IMG/VR virus record: IMGVR_UViG_3300024999_000045
Span: 32,001 to 96,000 of that record
DNA: 64,000 nucleotides
Strand: one strand, 5' to 3'
Origin: a virus
Both the position numbers and the translations under genes were made by a program. Below are positions 1 to 9,613 of this stretch, one piece after another. The notes below the pieces were generated by a model. That model was given only the letters and a program-made list of their open reading frames with translations, did not search any database and was not told where the DNA came from. Each line of letters begins with the position of its first letter. Within the stretch, counting starts at the first letter, position 1.

Positions 1-258
1 AATTTAAAATACCCAAAAAGTATTTTAACTTTTCAAAAACCTCATCCTTCTACTACTATACACCCAACACAGAAACCAGTCGAATGTTTAGAATGGCTAA
101 TAAAAACTTATACAAATGAAAATGAATTAATTTTAGATAATTGTGTAGGTTCTGGAAGCACAATTGTGGCTGCTATCAATACTAATAGAAATTATATAGG
201 ATTTGAATTAGAGGAAAATTACTATAAAGCAGCTTTAGAGAGAATTAATAAAATTTAA
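1..258 (+). CDS. DNA adenine/N4-cytosine methyltransferase, C-terminal part (5' truncated by window edge)
   Basis: Frame 1 reads ...HPTQKPVECLEWLIKTYTNENELILDNCVGSGSTIVAA...RNYIGFELEENY..., with the HPTQKP and D(F/C)xGSGS motifs of beta-class MTases; stop at 256-258. Confidence 0.9.
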   Translation, partial: NLKYPKSILTFQKPHPSTTIHPTQKPVECLEWLIKTYTNENELILDNCVGSGSTIVAAINTNRNYIGFELEENYYKAALERINKI

Positions 259-291
259 TAAAAATACTATTTTCTAAAAGGAGATTAAGTT

Positions 292-471
292 ATGGATAAT
301 TTATGTGCGTGGATTTCATTAATTAGTGGTTGTTATTTTATATTTTTTGCACTAATAGCAAACACAGAAAACTTTGCATCAGCTTTAATGTTTAAGGTAT
401 TCCCATTTTTCTTTGGGATTGGAAATGTATATGTGGCTTTAAAGTTATTTGATGTAATTATATTTAAATAA
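292..471 (+). CDS. small membrane protein (59 aa)
   Basis: AAGGAG RBS; MDNLCAWISLISGCYFIFFALI... with two hydrophobic stretches; absent from the ORF track. Confidence 0.7.
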   Translation: MDNLCAWISLISGCYFIFFALIANTENFASALMFKVFPFFFGIGNVYVALKLFDVIIFK

Positions 472-503
472 AAGGCAGAGTTTATTTAAAGAAAGGATAA
501 ATT

Positions 504-770
504 ATGAATAGCATTTCACAATTTTGTAGTATTTGTCATAAAGAAATAAAAGTAGAAGTTAGTATTTCTAATTGCTTATTTTATGAATATTGGTTTGATA
601 TAAAAAGGCATTATCATTATAAATTTAGGCATAAAAAGCAATTTTTCACAAGTAAAGGAATAATAAAAAGATGGTTTGGATTTATAATTTTATTGTTAAT
701 AACAGGTTTATTTGCACCTTTATATTTAATAACATATCCATTTAAAGCATTACACGAATACTTATTTTAG
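504..770 (+). CDS. hypothetical protein with C-terminal TM segment
   Basis: ORF track; AAAGGA RBS. Confidence 0.7.
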   Translation: MNSISQFCSICHKEIKVEVSISNCLFYEYWFDIKRHYHYKFRHKKQFFTSKGIIKRWFGFIILLLITGLFAPLYLITYPFKALHEYLF

Positions 771-782
771 AAAGGACAAATT

Positions 783-1037
783 ATGAATATTGACGAAGCG
801 AAAGACATTTTACAAGTATTTGTAGATATATATGAGTATGGTAAAGGTTTTGGTGAGAAAAATAGTAAGTTTGAAGCAATACACGATGAATATGTTGCAA
901 CAAAAACACTATTAGATCATTGTAAAACACTTGAAAAAGAAGTTACACAATTAGCAATTGAGAGTATTGAACGAGAAAAATTATTGGCAAGGCTTGAAGC
1001 TGAGATAATGGCGGTTATAAATCATAAAGAAATGTGA
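783..1037 (+). CDS. hypothetical protein
   Basis: ORF track; AAAGGA RBS. Confidence 0.7.
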   Translation: MNIDEAKDILQVFVDIYEYGKGFGEKNSKFEAIHDEYVATKTLLDHCKTLEKEVTQLAIESIEREKLLARLEAEIMAVINHKEM

Positions 1038-1071
1038 TAAAAGTAAAGTTTTATATAAAAAGGAGAAAATT

Positions 1072-1452
1072 ATGAGTGTAGAACATTATCATTGTGAAAG
1101 TTGTGAGGAAAGTATATATGAAGAATATGTAGGACATTGTGCTGAATGTCAAAAGAGAATATGTACTTTTTGTACAATAAATAATGAAATTGATTCAAAT
1201 TATGAATATGATTATAGGCTTAAATATGATGGCAGTAAAGAACAAAGAGAAGAATATGGATTTGATGAAGATTCATATGAAATAGGTGAACCCATTGAGG
1301 ATGTAGGGATTGACCCAAAATATTGTCCATTTTGTATTGGAAATCAATATACAAGTGATGATTTGTTAAATTATCTTTTGGCTAAATATAATTTGACTGA
1401 AGAGTCTGTGAAAGAAGAATATTTTAAAAATAGACAGTCTACAGTCCTTTAA
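1072..1452 (+). CDS. Cys-rich (zinc-binding) hypothetical protein
   Basis: Several CxxC pairs; AAGGAG RBS. Confidence 0.7.
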   Translation: MSVEHYHCESCEESIYEEYVGHCAECQKRICTFCTINNEIDSNYEYDYRLKYDGSKEQREEYGFDEDSYEIGEPIEDVGIDPKYCPFCIGNQYTSDDLLNYLLAKYNLTEESVKEEYFKNRQSTVL

Positions 1453-1530
1453 AATCAAGGGTTGTAAAATGAGATATTTAGATAAAATGATTTTTTTATT
1501 TAGATATTAAAGCATAAATATAATAATAAG

Positions 1531-3021
1531 GTGGATAATATGAAGAAAATAGAGGTTATTGAATTTTTTGCAGGTATAGGTAGTCAGAAAAAATCTTTAG
1601 ATAGACAAAAAATTGGAAATGAAGTAATAGCAATTTCTGAATGGGATGTAAATGCATTAATATCATATGACGCAATACATACTGACGATGGAATAGATTA
1701 TTCAAAAGGTTTAACTAAAAAGGAAATTTTAGAAAAGTTGAAAAATTTTACATTCTCAACCGATGGGAAGAAACCTTGTAATAAAGAGAGAATAAAAGAA
1801 AAAACTTTAAGGCAATTATATAATTGCCTTAAAGTTTTTAAAAATATGGGTGATATTACAAAAATTAATAAAACACCAAATGCAAATTTATGGACATATT
1901 CTTTCCCATGCCAGGATATCAGTCTGGCTGGAAAACAAGCTGGTATAAAAGAAGGAACTAGATCAGGATTATTATTCGAAGTTGAAAGATTATTAGAAAT
2001 TTGTAAAGCAAACGAAGAATTACCAGAGTATTTACTACTTGAAAATGTAAAGAATTTAGTAGGTAAAGAATTTAAATCAGATTTTAATATATGGTTAGAT
2101 AAGCTTGAACAACTAGGATACAATAATTATTGGAAAATAGTAAATGCAAAAGATTGTTTAATCCCACAAAATAGAGAACGAGTTTTTTGTATAAGTATAA
2201 GAAAAGATATTAATAAAGAGTTTGATTTTCCAGAAAAACAAGAATTAGTATTAAGATTAAAAGATATTTTAGAAGATGAGGTTGATGAAAAGTACTATAT
2301 AAATAAAAATTGGCACTTTTCAACTGATTTAGACGAAAAACATGACACAAATGAAATAGCACAAATAGATAATGTTAACTTTAAATCACTTAGAACTATA
2401 ACAGACTTAAATAAAATATGCCGGTGTTTAGATACGATGGGTGGTGGTCAGAGAGAACCTAAAATTATTTGTGAACAAAGAACAGATGAGGGTTTAAGAT
2501 TTTTTAAAGATAATATATATGGCACTATTAGAACCATTGATTCTGGTGGTGATAAAAGAGTAATAGAAATTGAAGAATCTACTATCATAGCCCAAAGAGG
2601 TCGTTATAATGATGATGGTGAAATTGAACAACAATTTGAGAAAAGAAAAGATGGTCTGACTAATACTATTGCCACAGTTCAAAAAGATAATTTAATTCTA
2701 GAAAAACAAGAGCCTAAAATAATAACTGTAGGTCAAGTCTCAAACGAAGGTAGTCAATCAGGCAAAGTTTATTCAGATGGAGGAATATTCCCTACAGTAT
2801 GTGCTTGTACTCATGGATATGCTATCGGAAATATTGAAACTAATTATCGCATAAGAAAACTTACCCCAAAAGAATGCTGGCGTTTAATGGGGTTTGATGA
2901 TGAAGATATTGAAAAATGTATTGCTAAAGGAATTTCTGATTCACAGTTATACAAGCAGGCAGGAAATAGCATTGTAGTTCAATGTCTAGATGGAATATTT
3001 GAAAACTTATTTTTAAAATAA
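1531..3021 (+). CDS. DNA (cytosine-5) methyltransferase with long variable region
   Basis: EFFAGIG (motif I), YSFPCQD (IV), LENVKNL (VI), QNRERVF (VIII), RKLTPKECWRLMGF (IX), YKQAGNS (X). Confidence 0.95.
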   Translation: MDNMKKIEVIEFFAGIGSQKKSLDRQKIGNEVIAISEWDVNALISYDAIHTDDGIDYSKGLTKKEILEKLKNFTFSTDGKKPCNKERIKEKTLRQLYNCLKVFKNMGDITKINKTPNANLWTYSFPCQDISLAGKQAGIKEGTRSGLLFEVERLLEICKANEELPEYLLLENVKNLVGKEFKSDFNIWLDKLEQLGYNNYWKIVNAKDCLIPQNRERVFCISIRKDINKEFDFPEKQELVLRLKDILEDEVDEKYYINKNWHFSTDLDEKHDTNEIAQIDNVNFKSLRTITDLNKICRCLDTMGGGQREPKIICEQRTDEGLRFFKDNIYGTIRTIDSGGDKRVIEIEESTIIAQRGRYNDDGEIEQQFEKRKDGLTNTIATVQKDNLILEKQEPKIITVGQVSNEGSQSGKVYSDGGIFPTVCACTHGYAIGNIETNYRIRKLTPKECWRLMGFDDEDIEKCIAKGISDSQLYKQAGNSIVVQCLDGIFENLFLK

Positions 3022-3139
3022 AATAAACTTTAAAAAACGTAGTATAAGCGAGTATGAGTGAGACTGAGAGAGTTTGATAATCCAATGTTTAAATAAAACA
3101 CAACTTTCATTTAATAATAAAATAAAGTAATTCACGTCA

Positions 3140-3168
3140 TTGACAAGCATTAAAAATTAGTATATAAT
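3140..3168 (+). promoter_or_regulatory. consensus sigma-A promoter (copy 1 of a duplicated promoter element)
   Basis: TTGACA 3140-3145, 17 bp spacer, TATAAT 3163-3168. Confidence 0.85.
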
Positions 3169-3205
3169 ATAAACATAACAACAATCGTGAGCAAGGAGGT
3201 TAAAC

Positions 3206-3451
3206 ATGAAAGTTAGAGTATTAAAAGTTACGGATACAAATGAAAAAAGTAAATATGAAAGAATTTGGAATAGCACAAGAATGCTACCATTTTTAGAAAT
3301 AGGAGCACCAATGTATTTAGAATATGCCGACGATCCTAATTTAGTAAGAACAACTAGTCAAGTAATTGGATTTCAAGAAAATTTAGATGAAAAAATTAAG
3401 ACAATACATACATTAAATAGTATTTATACGTTAGAAGTATTGGAGGAATAA
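3206..3451 (+). CDS. hypothetical protein
   Basis: GGAGG RBS; first gene after the promoter. Confidence 0.75.
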   Translation: MKVRVLKVTDTNEKSKYERIWNSTRMLPFLEIGAPMYLEYADDPNLVRTTSQVIGFQENLDEKIKTIHTLNSIYTLEVLEE

Positions 3452-3452
3452 G

Positions 3453-4055
3453 ATGAGAAATCCAGATAGAATTAAACCATTTTTAGAAGAAATAGAAAAA
3501 GTAGAAGAAGTTTGGAGCGATATTAAAGGATATGAAAATTTATATCAAGTTAATGTATTTGGAGAAATAAAATCAATTTATAATAATATAATTTTAAAAC
3601 CATGGATAAATTCTTGTGGTTATATGAATATAAAATTAAGTGTAAAAGGTAAAAGAAAAAACAAACAAATACATAGATTAGTTGCAGAAGCATTTATCAG
3701 TAATGATGAAAATAAAAAAGAGGTAAATCATATAGACGGAAATAAATCAAATAACAATATAAATAATTTAGAATGGGTTACTAGAAATGAAAATATTTTT
3801 CATGCTTATAAAATTGGATTATATGATAAAAATTTTAGAAAAATCATACAAATAAAAGACGATAAAATTATCAATATTTTTAATAGCATAAAAGAGGCGA
3901 GCGAAAAAACAGGAATTAATAATGGTTGCATTTGTTCATGTTGTGGAGAAAAATATAGATATAAAACCGCTGGTGGTTACACATGGAAATACTATGAAGA
4001 GACTGAGTTATTAATAGAATTAAAGAAATTTAAAGAAGATGTTTTAGGAAAATAA
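3453..4055 (+). CDS. NUMOD4-HNH-NUMOD1 homing endonuclease, apparently fused in frame into a small phage gene
   Basis: EEVWSDIKGYENLYQVNVFG (NUMOD4), HRLVAEAF...VNHIDGNKSNNNINNLEW (HNH), FNSIKEASEKTG...TAGGYTWKY (NUMOD1). Confidence 0.9.
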   Translation: MRNPDRIKPFLEEIEKVEEVWSDIKGYENLYQVNVFGEIKSIYNNIILKPWINSCGYMNIKLSVKGKRKNKQIHRLVAEAFISNDENKKEVNHIDGNKSNNNINNLEWVTRNENIFHAYKIGLYDKNFRKIIQIKDDKIINIFNSIKEASEKTGINNGCICSCCGEKYRYKTAGGYTWKYYEETELLIELKKFKEDVLGK

Positions 4056-4127
4056 TTAAGTAAAAGCAATATTTCATTTAAAAATATAAAAAATATGGGT
4101 TATGACCAACATAAAAGGAGAATTAAA

Positions 4128-4304
4128 ATGACAAATTTAATTAACAAAGAAATTACAAAAGAAAATCTTAATAAAGAAATAGATAATTCAAATATTATAT
4201 TTATAGAAGAAATTGATCCTAATGAAATTAAAAGGTTGTTTAATGAACTTCAAGAAAATTTAAGCAGTCTTTATAAAATATTTTTAAAAGGAAATTTAAT
4301 TTAA
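4128..4304 (+). CDS. hypothetical protein
   Basis: AAGGAG RBS favours ATG 4128 over the track start 4095. Confidence 0.6.
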   Translation: MTNLINKEITKENLNKEIDNSNIIFIEEIDPNEIKRLFNELQENLSSLYKIFLKGNLI

Positions 4305-4337
4305 AATATAAAAATGTCAATCAAAAAGGAGAAAATT

Positions 4338-4583
4338 ATGAGAATTTTATTTAAAGATATTAATAAAAAAGAATCAAATAGAAACGATATTGCTTTTATA
4401 AAATTAGAAATAAATGATAATTATTCAGAATTTATAAAAACCTTAAAAGAATTAAAAGAATTTGTTGATTATAATGACGGCAGTGTTTATAGAATAGATG
4501 GAATTAATTTAATTATACCTGGTTTTGAAATAGGCGTTCCAACTATTGAAGTTGTAGGACACGTTATTTTGGATCTTAAATAA
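4338..4583 (+). CDS. hypothetical protein
   Basis: AAGGAG RBS favours ATG 4338. Confidence 0.65.
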   Translation: MRILFKDINKKESNRNDIAFIKLEINDNYSEFIKTLKELKEFVDYNDGSVYRIDGINLIIPGFEIGVPTIEVVGHVILDLK

Positions 4584-4647
4584 ACTAAAAATATGGAGAA
4601 CTTGCAAGTAATAAAGTGTAGCTACACCTCCTAACGTGGGAGGAAAT

Positions 4648-5730
4648 ATGTCTAAAGAAGTTAAAATAATTTATTGTTATGATGAATTAGGTAATGCTAT
4701 ACATTATTTAAAAGTGATAAAAGGTAAAAAATATTTTTGTATAGATTGTGGTTCGGAATTAATATGTAAACATGGAACAAAAAAAATAAAACATTTATCG
4801 CATAAAAATACCGAAGAGTGTGGAGGAACAGGTGAATCAATATTTCATAAACATTGGAAAGAAAATTTATTTAAAGCAGGGATGTTTATAGATATTGCTA
4901 TTAGAATGAATAAGCCAGAAAATATAGAAATATTAGAGGTTTTAAATGAGGTTTCATTAAATAAAAGATATAATAAAGAGTGGGATATAGAAATAATTGT
5001 AGATGTATTACTTATTACAAATAAAGGTGATATTGTTGTTGAAATCAATTATAAAAATCCTAAAGATTGGATTAAACTAAAGCCATATTATAATGAATTA
5101 AATTTGTTGAGAATATATGAAGTTAAAGTAGATAAAAATATAAATACAAAGTTGGAATGGTTTAGTTTTGAAACAGAAGAAATAAAAAAAATAGAAGATC
5201 AAAAAGAAATAATAGAATATGAAAAACAAAAAGAAAAAGATAGAATAAAAGAAATAAAAATAGCGGAATATGCAGAGAAACGTGCAGAGATTAGAAAAAA
5301 AACAAAGATAGAAAAAAATCTAGAAAAAGAAAGAATTAAAAATGAATTATTATTAGAAAAAGAAAAAATCATTAAAGAGGAACGTGAAAAGATAAGAGAA
5401 ATGTTAAAAAATGGAACAGCAAAAAAATATAAAATATTTTTTAATTATAAAATTGATTTGCGAAAAATTGATGATAATTATTGTATGTTGCATTGTTTAT
5501 CAGAAATAAAGCCATCACAATATAAAAAAATAAAATTAAAGTTTAGCATTGATAAATTTAGTTATAAAATATTATATGAAAATTTTAATACATCTTATGG
5601 AATTAAATGCTGTGATGTTATTGTAAAAAACACACTTACAGAAGATAATTTTCATGAAGTTCTTGCCTTTGGTGTTAAATGTGATGCAATATATAATAAA
5701 CCTTTATATATACAATTGTGTAATATTTAA
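4648..5730 (+). CDS. CoiA-like zinc finger/nuclease-fold protein
   Basis: KYFCIDCGSELICKHGTKKIKHLSH...CGGTGESIFHKHWK matches the CoiA N-terminus; later VDVLL...VVEINY is PD-(D/E)xK-like; GGAGG RBS before ATG 4648. Confidence 0.65.
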   Translation: MSKEVKIIYCYDELGNAIHYLKVIKGKKYFCIDCGSELICKHGTKKIKHLSHKNTEECGGTGESIFHKHWKENLFKAGMFIDIAIRMNKPENIEILEVLNEVSLNKRYNKEWDIEIIVDVLLITNKGDIVVEINYKNPKDWIKLKPYYNELNLLRIYEVKVDKNINTKLEWFSFETEEIKKIEDQKEIIEYEKQKEKDRIKEIKIAEYAEKRAEIRKKTKIEKNLEKERIKNELLLEKEKIIKEEREKIREMLKNGTAKKYKIFFNYKIDLRKIDDNYCMLHCLSEIKPSQYKKIKLKFSIDKFSYKILYENFNTSYGIKCCDVIVKNTLTEDNFHEVLAFGVKCDAIYNKPLYIQLCNI

Positions 5731-5775
5731 TTATAAAATATAAACATTATAATAATAAATTAAAAGGAGGGTATA

Positions 5776-6132
5776 ATGAGTGTAAAATATAAGAGAAAAG
5801 CAAATAAGATGGTTAAAGAAATTAAATATATTTTTGGAGCTAGTAGAATAGAAGCCAAGCATCATTTGTTTGATGATTTATATAATACACTTGCAGATAT
5901 ATTTAATGATATTTTATGTGGAGATTTAATAAGTGATGACGCATATGAATTTTTTAATACATCAGAGGATGAGATAGATGTAATTCAGAAGTTATCAAAG
6001 ACCGAAACAGACGCAGACGAAAAATTTGAGATAAAAATAAATAAAGCTTGGGAAGAAAATTCAGACGAAGATATATTAGAATTTGTTGAACAATATAAGA
6101 TTTTTAGAATTTCAGAGTTTAGAGGGTTTTAG
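5776..6132 (+). CDS. hypothetical protein
   Basis: ORF track; GGAGG RBS. Confidence 0.7.
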   Translation: MSVKYKRKANKMVKEIKYIFGASRIEAKHHLFDDLYNTLADIFNDILCGDLISDDAYEFFNTSEDEIDVIQKLSKTETDADEKFEIKINKAWEENSDEDILEFVEQYKIFRISEFRGF

Positions 6133-6279
6133 ATAATAACATAAATAAAATAACAAAAGGAGAAAATATGAAAGCTTTAAAAAGTGATTTTGAAAATTTA
6201 TCTAAAGTTTGGGTTGATTTTAGTGAAGAAATGAAAGATTGTATTATAAATGGAATTTTAAATAAAATATAAAAGGAGA

Positions 6280-6621
6280 ATGAAAATGAAAGTTAATATA
6301 TTTAACATGAAAAAAGACAATGATGTATTAATACAATTAGGAGATTTATTTTTAGATGAAATTAATAAAGTTTATATGGTAGTTCAAAATAATAGTGATA
6401 ATCGAAAATGGCAGCTAATGAATTTAACTGATAATACCTTTTTAAATGGGTTATCTAGGGTAAAAGACGATGTTGGTATTTTACATAACGTATCTCTTAA
6501 TTTAGAAGGAATGACAGTTTTAGAAGCATATAAAAATATCTATGAAGTTTTTAAAAGAACAGATTTTACCATACATTATTCTGTTGATGAATATAAAATT
6601 AATTTATATATAAATGAATAA
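6280..6621 (+). CDS. hypothetical protein
   Basis: ORF track; AAGGAG RBS. Confidence 0.7.
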   Translation: MKMKVNIFNMKKDNDVLIQLGDLFLDEINKVYMVVQNNSDNRKWQLMNLTDNTFLNGLSRVKDDVGILHNVSLNLEGMTVLEAYKNIYEVFKRTDFTIHYSVDEYKINLYINE

Positions 6622-6654
6622 TAGATATATAAAAGAGACTAAAAGGAGAAAATT

Positions 6655-6900
6655 ATGTTAATTAAAGTTATAGATAACGCAACAGTTGACACAGGAGTGA
6701 TTGCGTATATAGACCACAAGAATCCTATTGAATTTATAAAAATAATTAAAGAGGTTAATAGAATAAATATTAAAGGAAAGACGTGGATATATACTGACTG
6801 TGATTTTAATCCAACTTTTGATTATATAAGTATAGACGTTGTTCGCATTTTTGTTGATGAAGAGGATGAAGACGAAAACGAATTTAATGATTATGAGTAG
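6655..6900 (+). CDS. hypothetical protein, acidic C-terminus
   Basis: ORF track; AAGGAG RBS. Confidence 0.7.
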   Translation: MLIKVIDNATVDTGVIAYIDHKNPIEFIKIIKEVNRINIKGKTWIYTDCDFNPTFDYISIDVVRIFVDEEDEDENEFNDYE

Positions 6901-6939
6901 TTTAAATAAAAAATACATTTTATCGAAAGGAAAACAAAT

Positions 6940-7827
6940 ATGGGAACAAATATTCAAGATTTATATCTTAAAGGTGAGAGAGTAGGAAATAAAATAGAAT
7001 ATATAACTACTAGTTCACCAATAAATAATATAAGTCGTGGTTGGAGAGCATTTAATGGTATTGAACCTAAAACATTTAGTTCTAGTTGCTCAGGGGATTG
7101 GTTAACAGCAGATTTTTCAAAAATAAAAACAGAGTTATCTAGAATATCAGATTATAATATAGGAGGAAACAACGTGAAAACAGAAGAACAAAAACAAGAT
7201 GAGTTACTAAAATTTATTGAGGAAAATGAAGTTGAACATGACGAAGAAAATGTTTATATGTACTTAGTTGTTGATTTAGAAGGTAAATCTCATAGATACT
7301 CAGAATTTAATTATAAAAAATGTGGATTTTATAGTTTATCAGACGCAGTTTATACACTTATTAGAAAAGACGCCGTTGAGAAAATAAAAGATTATTCAAA
7401 GAATGTATATGTGCATAAAAATGAAGTTATTAATACCAATTTTCTTTATGAAATAAATTATAAAATTATTAAGGTTAAAATTAATAAAAAAGATTTATTA
7501 GAAGTGTGTGGTATGGCATTAAAGTGTAATAAATTCGAAGTTATTTCAGAGGAAACTATTGAAAATTCATTTGAATTTGAAGTATTAGATATCGAATCTG
7601 ATAAAGAAACGTCTATACAATTAGCATTAGAGGGTATTTCAACTGATATATGCGTATACGAAACAAAACTAAAAAATACTGCAACTGGGAATGGTTTGAT
7701 ATTAAATATTTATGGGGAATTAAATATATCCCAAGAAGATATTAAGAAACTTATTGTCGATGAATTAGAAAGATTAAATAAAATATTTAACCAAAAACAA
7801 AATTTAAAAGGTAAAATAAAATTATAA
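6940..7827 (+). CDS. hypothetical protein
   Basis: ORF track; RBS; possible internal start at 7174. Confidence 0.7.
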   Translation: MGTNIQDLYLKGERVGNKIEYITTSSPINNISRGWRAFNGIEPKTFSSSCSGDWLTADFSKIKTELSRISDYNIGGNNVKTEEQKQDELLKFIEENEVEHDEENVYMYLVVDLEGKSHRYSEFNYKKCGFYSLSDAVYTLIRKDAVEKIKDYSKNVYVHKNEVINTNFLYEINYKIIKVKINKKDLLEVCGMALKCNKFEVISEETIENSFEFEVLDIESDKETSIQLALEGISTDICVYETKLKNTATGNGLILNIYGELNISQEDIKKLIVDELERLNKIFNQKQNLKGKIKL

Positions 7828-7845
7828 TAATAAAGGAGAATTTAT

Positions 7846-8160
7846 ATGATGGCATTGGGAATTATAGGAGTAATATGTATGGTGGTTATTTTATTACCAT
7901 TAGAAATATTATTAAATGGATTTGTTTTAACAAAATTATGGTTTTGGTTTATTAATCCAATATTTGGATTAGCATTATTGACATTACCACAAGCAATGGG
8001 CTTATCATTAATAATTAGTTTTTTAACTCATCAAATTGTCGATACAGAGCCTAAAAAAGAAAGTGCTACGACTAAAATAGCAACATCGTTGGTAAGACTT
8101 TTTATAACTCCATTATTATTTTTATTAATAGGATTTATTATAAAACAATTTATGGGATAG
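7846..8160 (+). CDS. membrane protein (3 TM segments)
   Basis: Hydrophobic stretches; AAGGAG RBS. Confidence 0.75.
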   Translation: MMALGIIGVICMVVILLPLEILLNGFVLTKLWFWFINPIFGLALLTLPQAMGLSLIISFLTHQIVDTEPKKESATTKIATSLVRLFITPLLFLLIGFIIKQFMG

Positions 8161-8169
8161 GTGATTAAT

Positions 8170-8379
8170 ATGGAACTTAAAGTAACGGGAATGGTTAGAA
8201 GAATAGATGATCTTGGGCGAGTTGTAATTCCAAAGGAAATAAGACGAACACTTAGATTACTCGAAGGCGATGCAATGGAAGTATTTATTACTGAAGATGG
8301 TGGAGTTTATCTTAAAAAGTGTGAATTTGAGCAAGAATTAGGAAGAATTGATGATACTTTGAATTTATTTAAGAATTAA
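8170..8379 (+). CDS. AbrB/SpoVT-family DNA-binding protein
   Basis: TGMVRRIDDLGRVVIPKEIRRTLRLLEGDAMEVF is the AbrB/SpoVT N-terminal signature. Confidence 0.9.
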   Translation: MELKVTGMVRRIDDLGRVVIPKEIRRTLRLLEGDAMEVFITEDGGVYLKKCEFEQELGRIDDTLNLFKN

Positions 8380-8617
8380 AAATAAAAATTATAAGGAGAT
8401 TGACATGAAATTATTTAAATTAATAGTATGTATTTTGTTAGTTATAGCAGGGACGATAAATTTGTTTTTAGCTTTTAAAAATCCTACAGTAGTTGAATAT
8501 TGGGGAAAATCAATATTAATGTTTTTACTTTATATTCATAATGATTTAGGAATGAAATTAGATGAAATAAAAGATTAAATAGAATATGTCATTTATTTAA
8601 AAGCGAAAGGAGAAAAT

Positions 8618-8980
8618 ATGATAGGTAAAACGTATAAAACAACAAGAATTAATGGAATATTTGGTGAAGTAAATATAGATTCTATTCAAATTGATAATGA
8701 ATATTCCAAAACAAGACACTATGAAGAAGAAATGGATATAGAAACAGGAAAAGAAATTAATTTTAAAGATGAAACACTTGGACTTCCAGACGGAATTAGT
8801 ATTGATACATATTTTAAAATGGCATTAATTCAGCAATTAGAGTCTATAAATAGAAGTTTGGGTGCTATAAATAAATATCCGCAAGTTACAGTAAAACTTG
8901 ATGAAGAAACTATTATTAAATTAAAAGATGGCAATGTAAACGATTTTATGAATACCTTAACAAGAAAAACAAAGAAATAA
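8618..8980 (+). CDS. hypothetical protein
   Basis: ORF track; AAGGAG RBS. Confidence 0.7.
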   Translation: MIGKTYKTTRINGIFGEVNIDSIQIDNEYSKTRHYEEEMDIETGKEINFKDETLGLPDGISIDTYFKMALIQQLESINRSLGAINKYPQVTVKLDEETIIKLKDGNVNDFMNTLTRKTKK

Positions 8981-8992
8981 AAAGGAGAAAAT

Positions 8993-9376
8993 ATGAACTA
9001 TCCAATATATCCAGATGATTTTGATGATAATAAAGATGGTGTTGCTATTAGCAATGAAAAAATTAATGAGTGGTTAATAGATGGTGTGATTTTTCTAGAA
9101 AGAAATAAAAATGAATTTAATTGGTTTTGTCAATCTGGTGATACAAGAGTTGAAGTTAGAAGAGTTTATTATGATAATAAAGGACTTGAACAAACTTACG
9201 AAGTAAATGTATTTAAGAAATTTGAATATGGTGGGTCAAATGTGTTTATGGTTGATAATCAAAACAAAGTATTGGACTGGTCGCTTTATAATAAAGAAGA
9301 GAATAAACGCCTAGAAATGTTAGAAGAAATAGACGAATTAGAGCAAAGAATCAAAGAATTGCGAGAAAGATTATAA
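8993..9376 (+). CDS. hypothetical protein
   Basis: ORF track; AAGGAG RBS. Confidence 0.7.
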   Translation: MNYPIYPDDFDDNKDGVAISNEKINEWLIDGVIFLERNKNEFNWFCQSGDTRVEVRRVYYDNKGLEQTYEVNVFKKFEYGGSNVFMVDNQNKVLDWSLYNKEENKRLEMLEEIDELEQRIKELRERL

Positions 9377-9394
9377 TTAAAAAGGAGAATAATT

Positions 9395-9613
9395 ATGACT
9401 AGATGTAAGTTTAATTGTGAATCAGTAACTAAGTTTGCAAATGGTTCTAAAGTTAATTTTAGAGCAGTAACTCATGGAAGTCCTGAAAACGAACAATTTT
9501 TTAAATGGACACCAAATGCAAATATGGAACTGCAATTAGTAAATGATGAAGTTGCAAAACAATTTGAACCAGGTAAAGAATATTATATTGATATTACAGA
9601 AGTAAATTTATAA
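9395..9613 (+). CDS. conserved phage hypothetical protein
   Basis: ENEQFFKWTP...FEPGKEYYIDIT pattern seen in many phage small proteins; RBS. Confidence 0.7.
   Translation: MTRCKFNCESVTKFANGSKVNFRAVTHGSPENEQFFKWTPNANMELQLVNDEVAKQFEPGKEYYIDITEVNL

Noticed and set aside
3051-3070. AGTATGAGTG and CTGAGAG shared with the attP region (47526-47553)
   Set aside because: The matches are short and in different order; probably chance.
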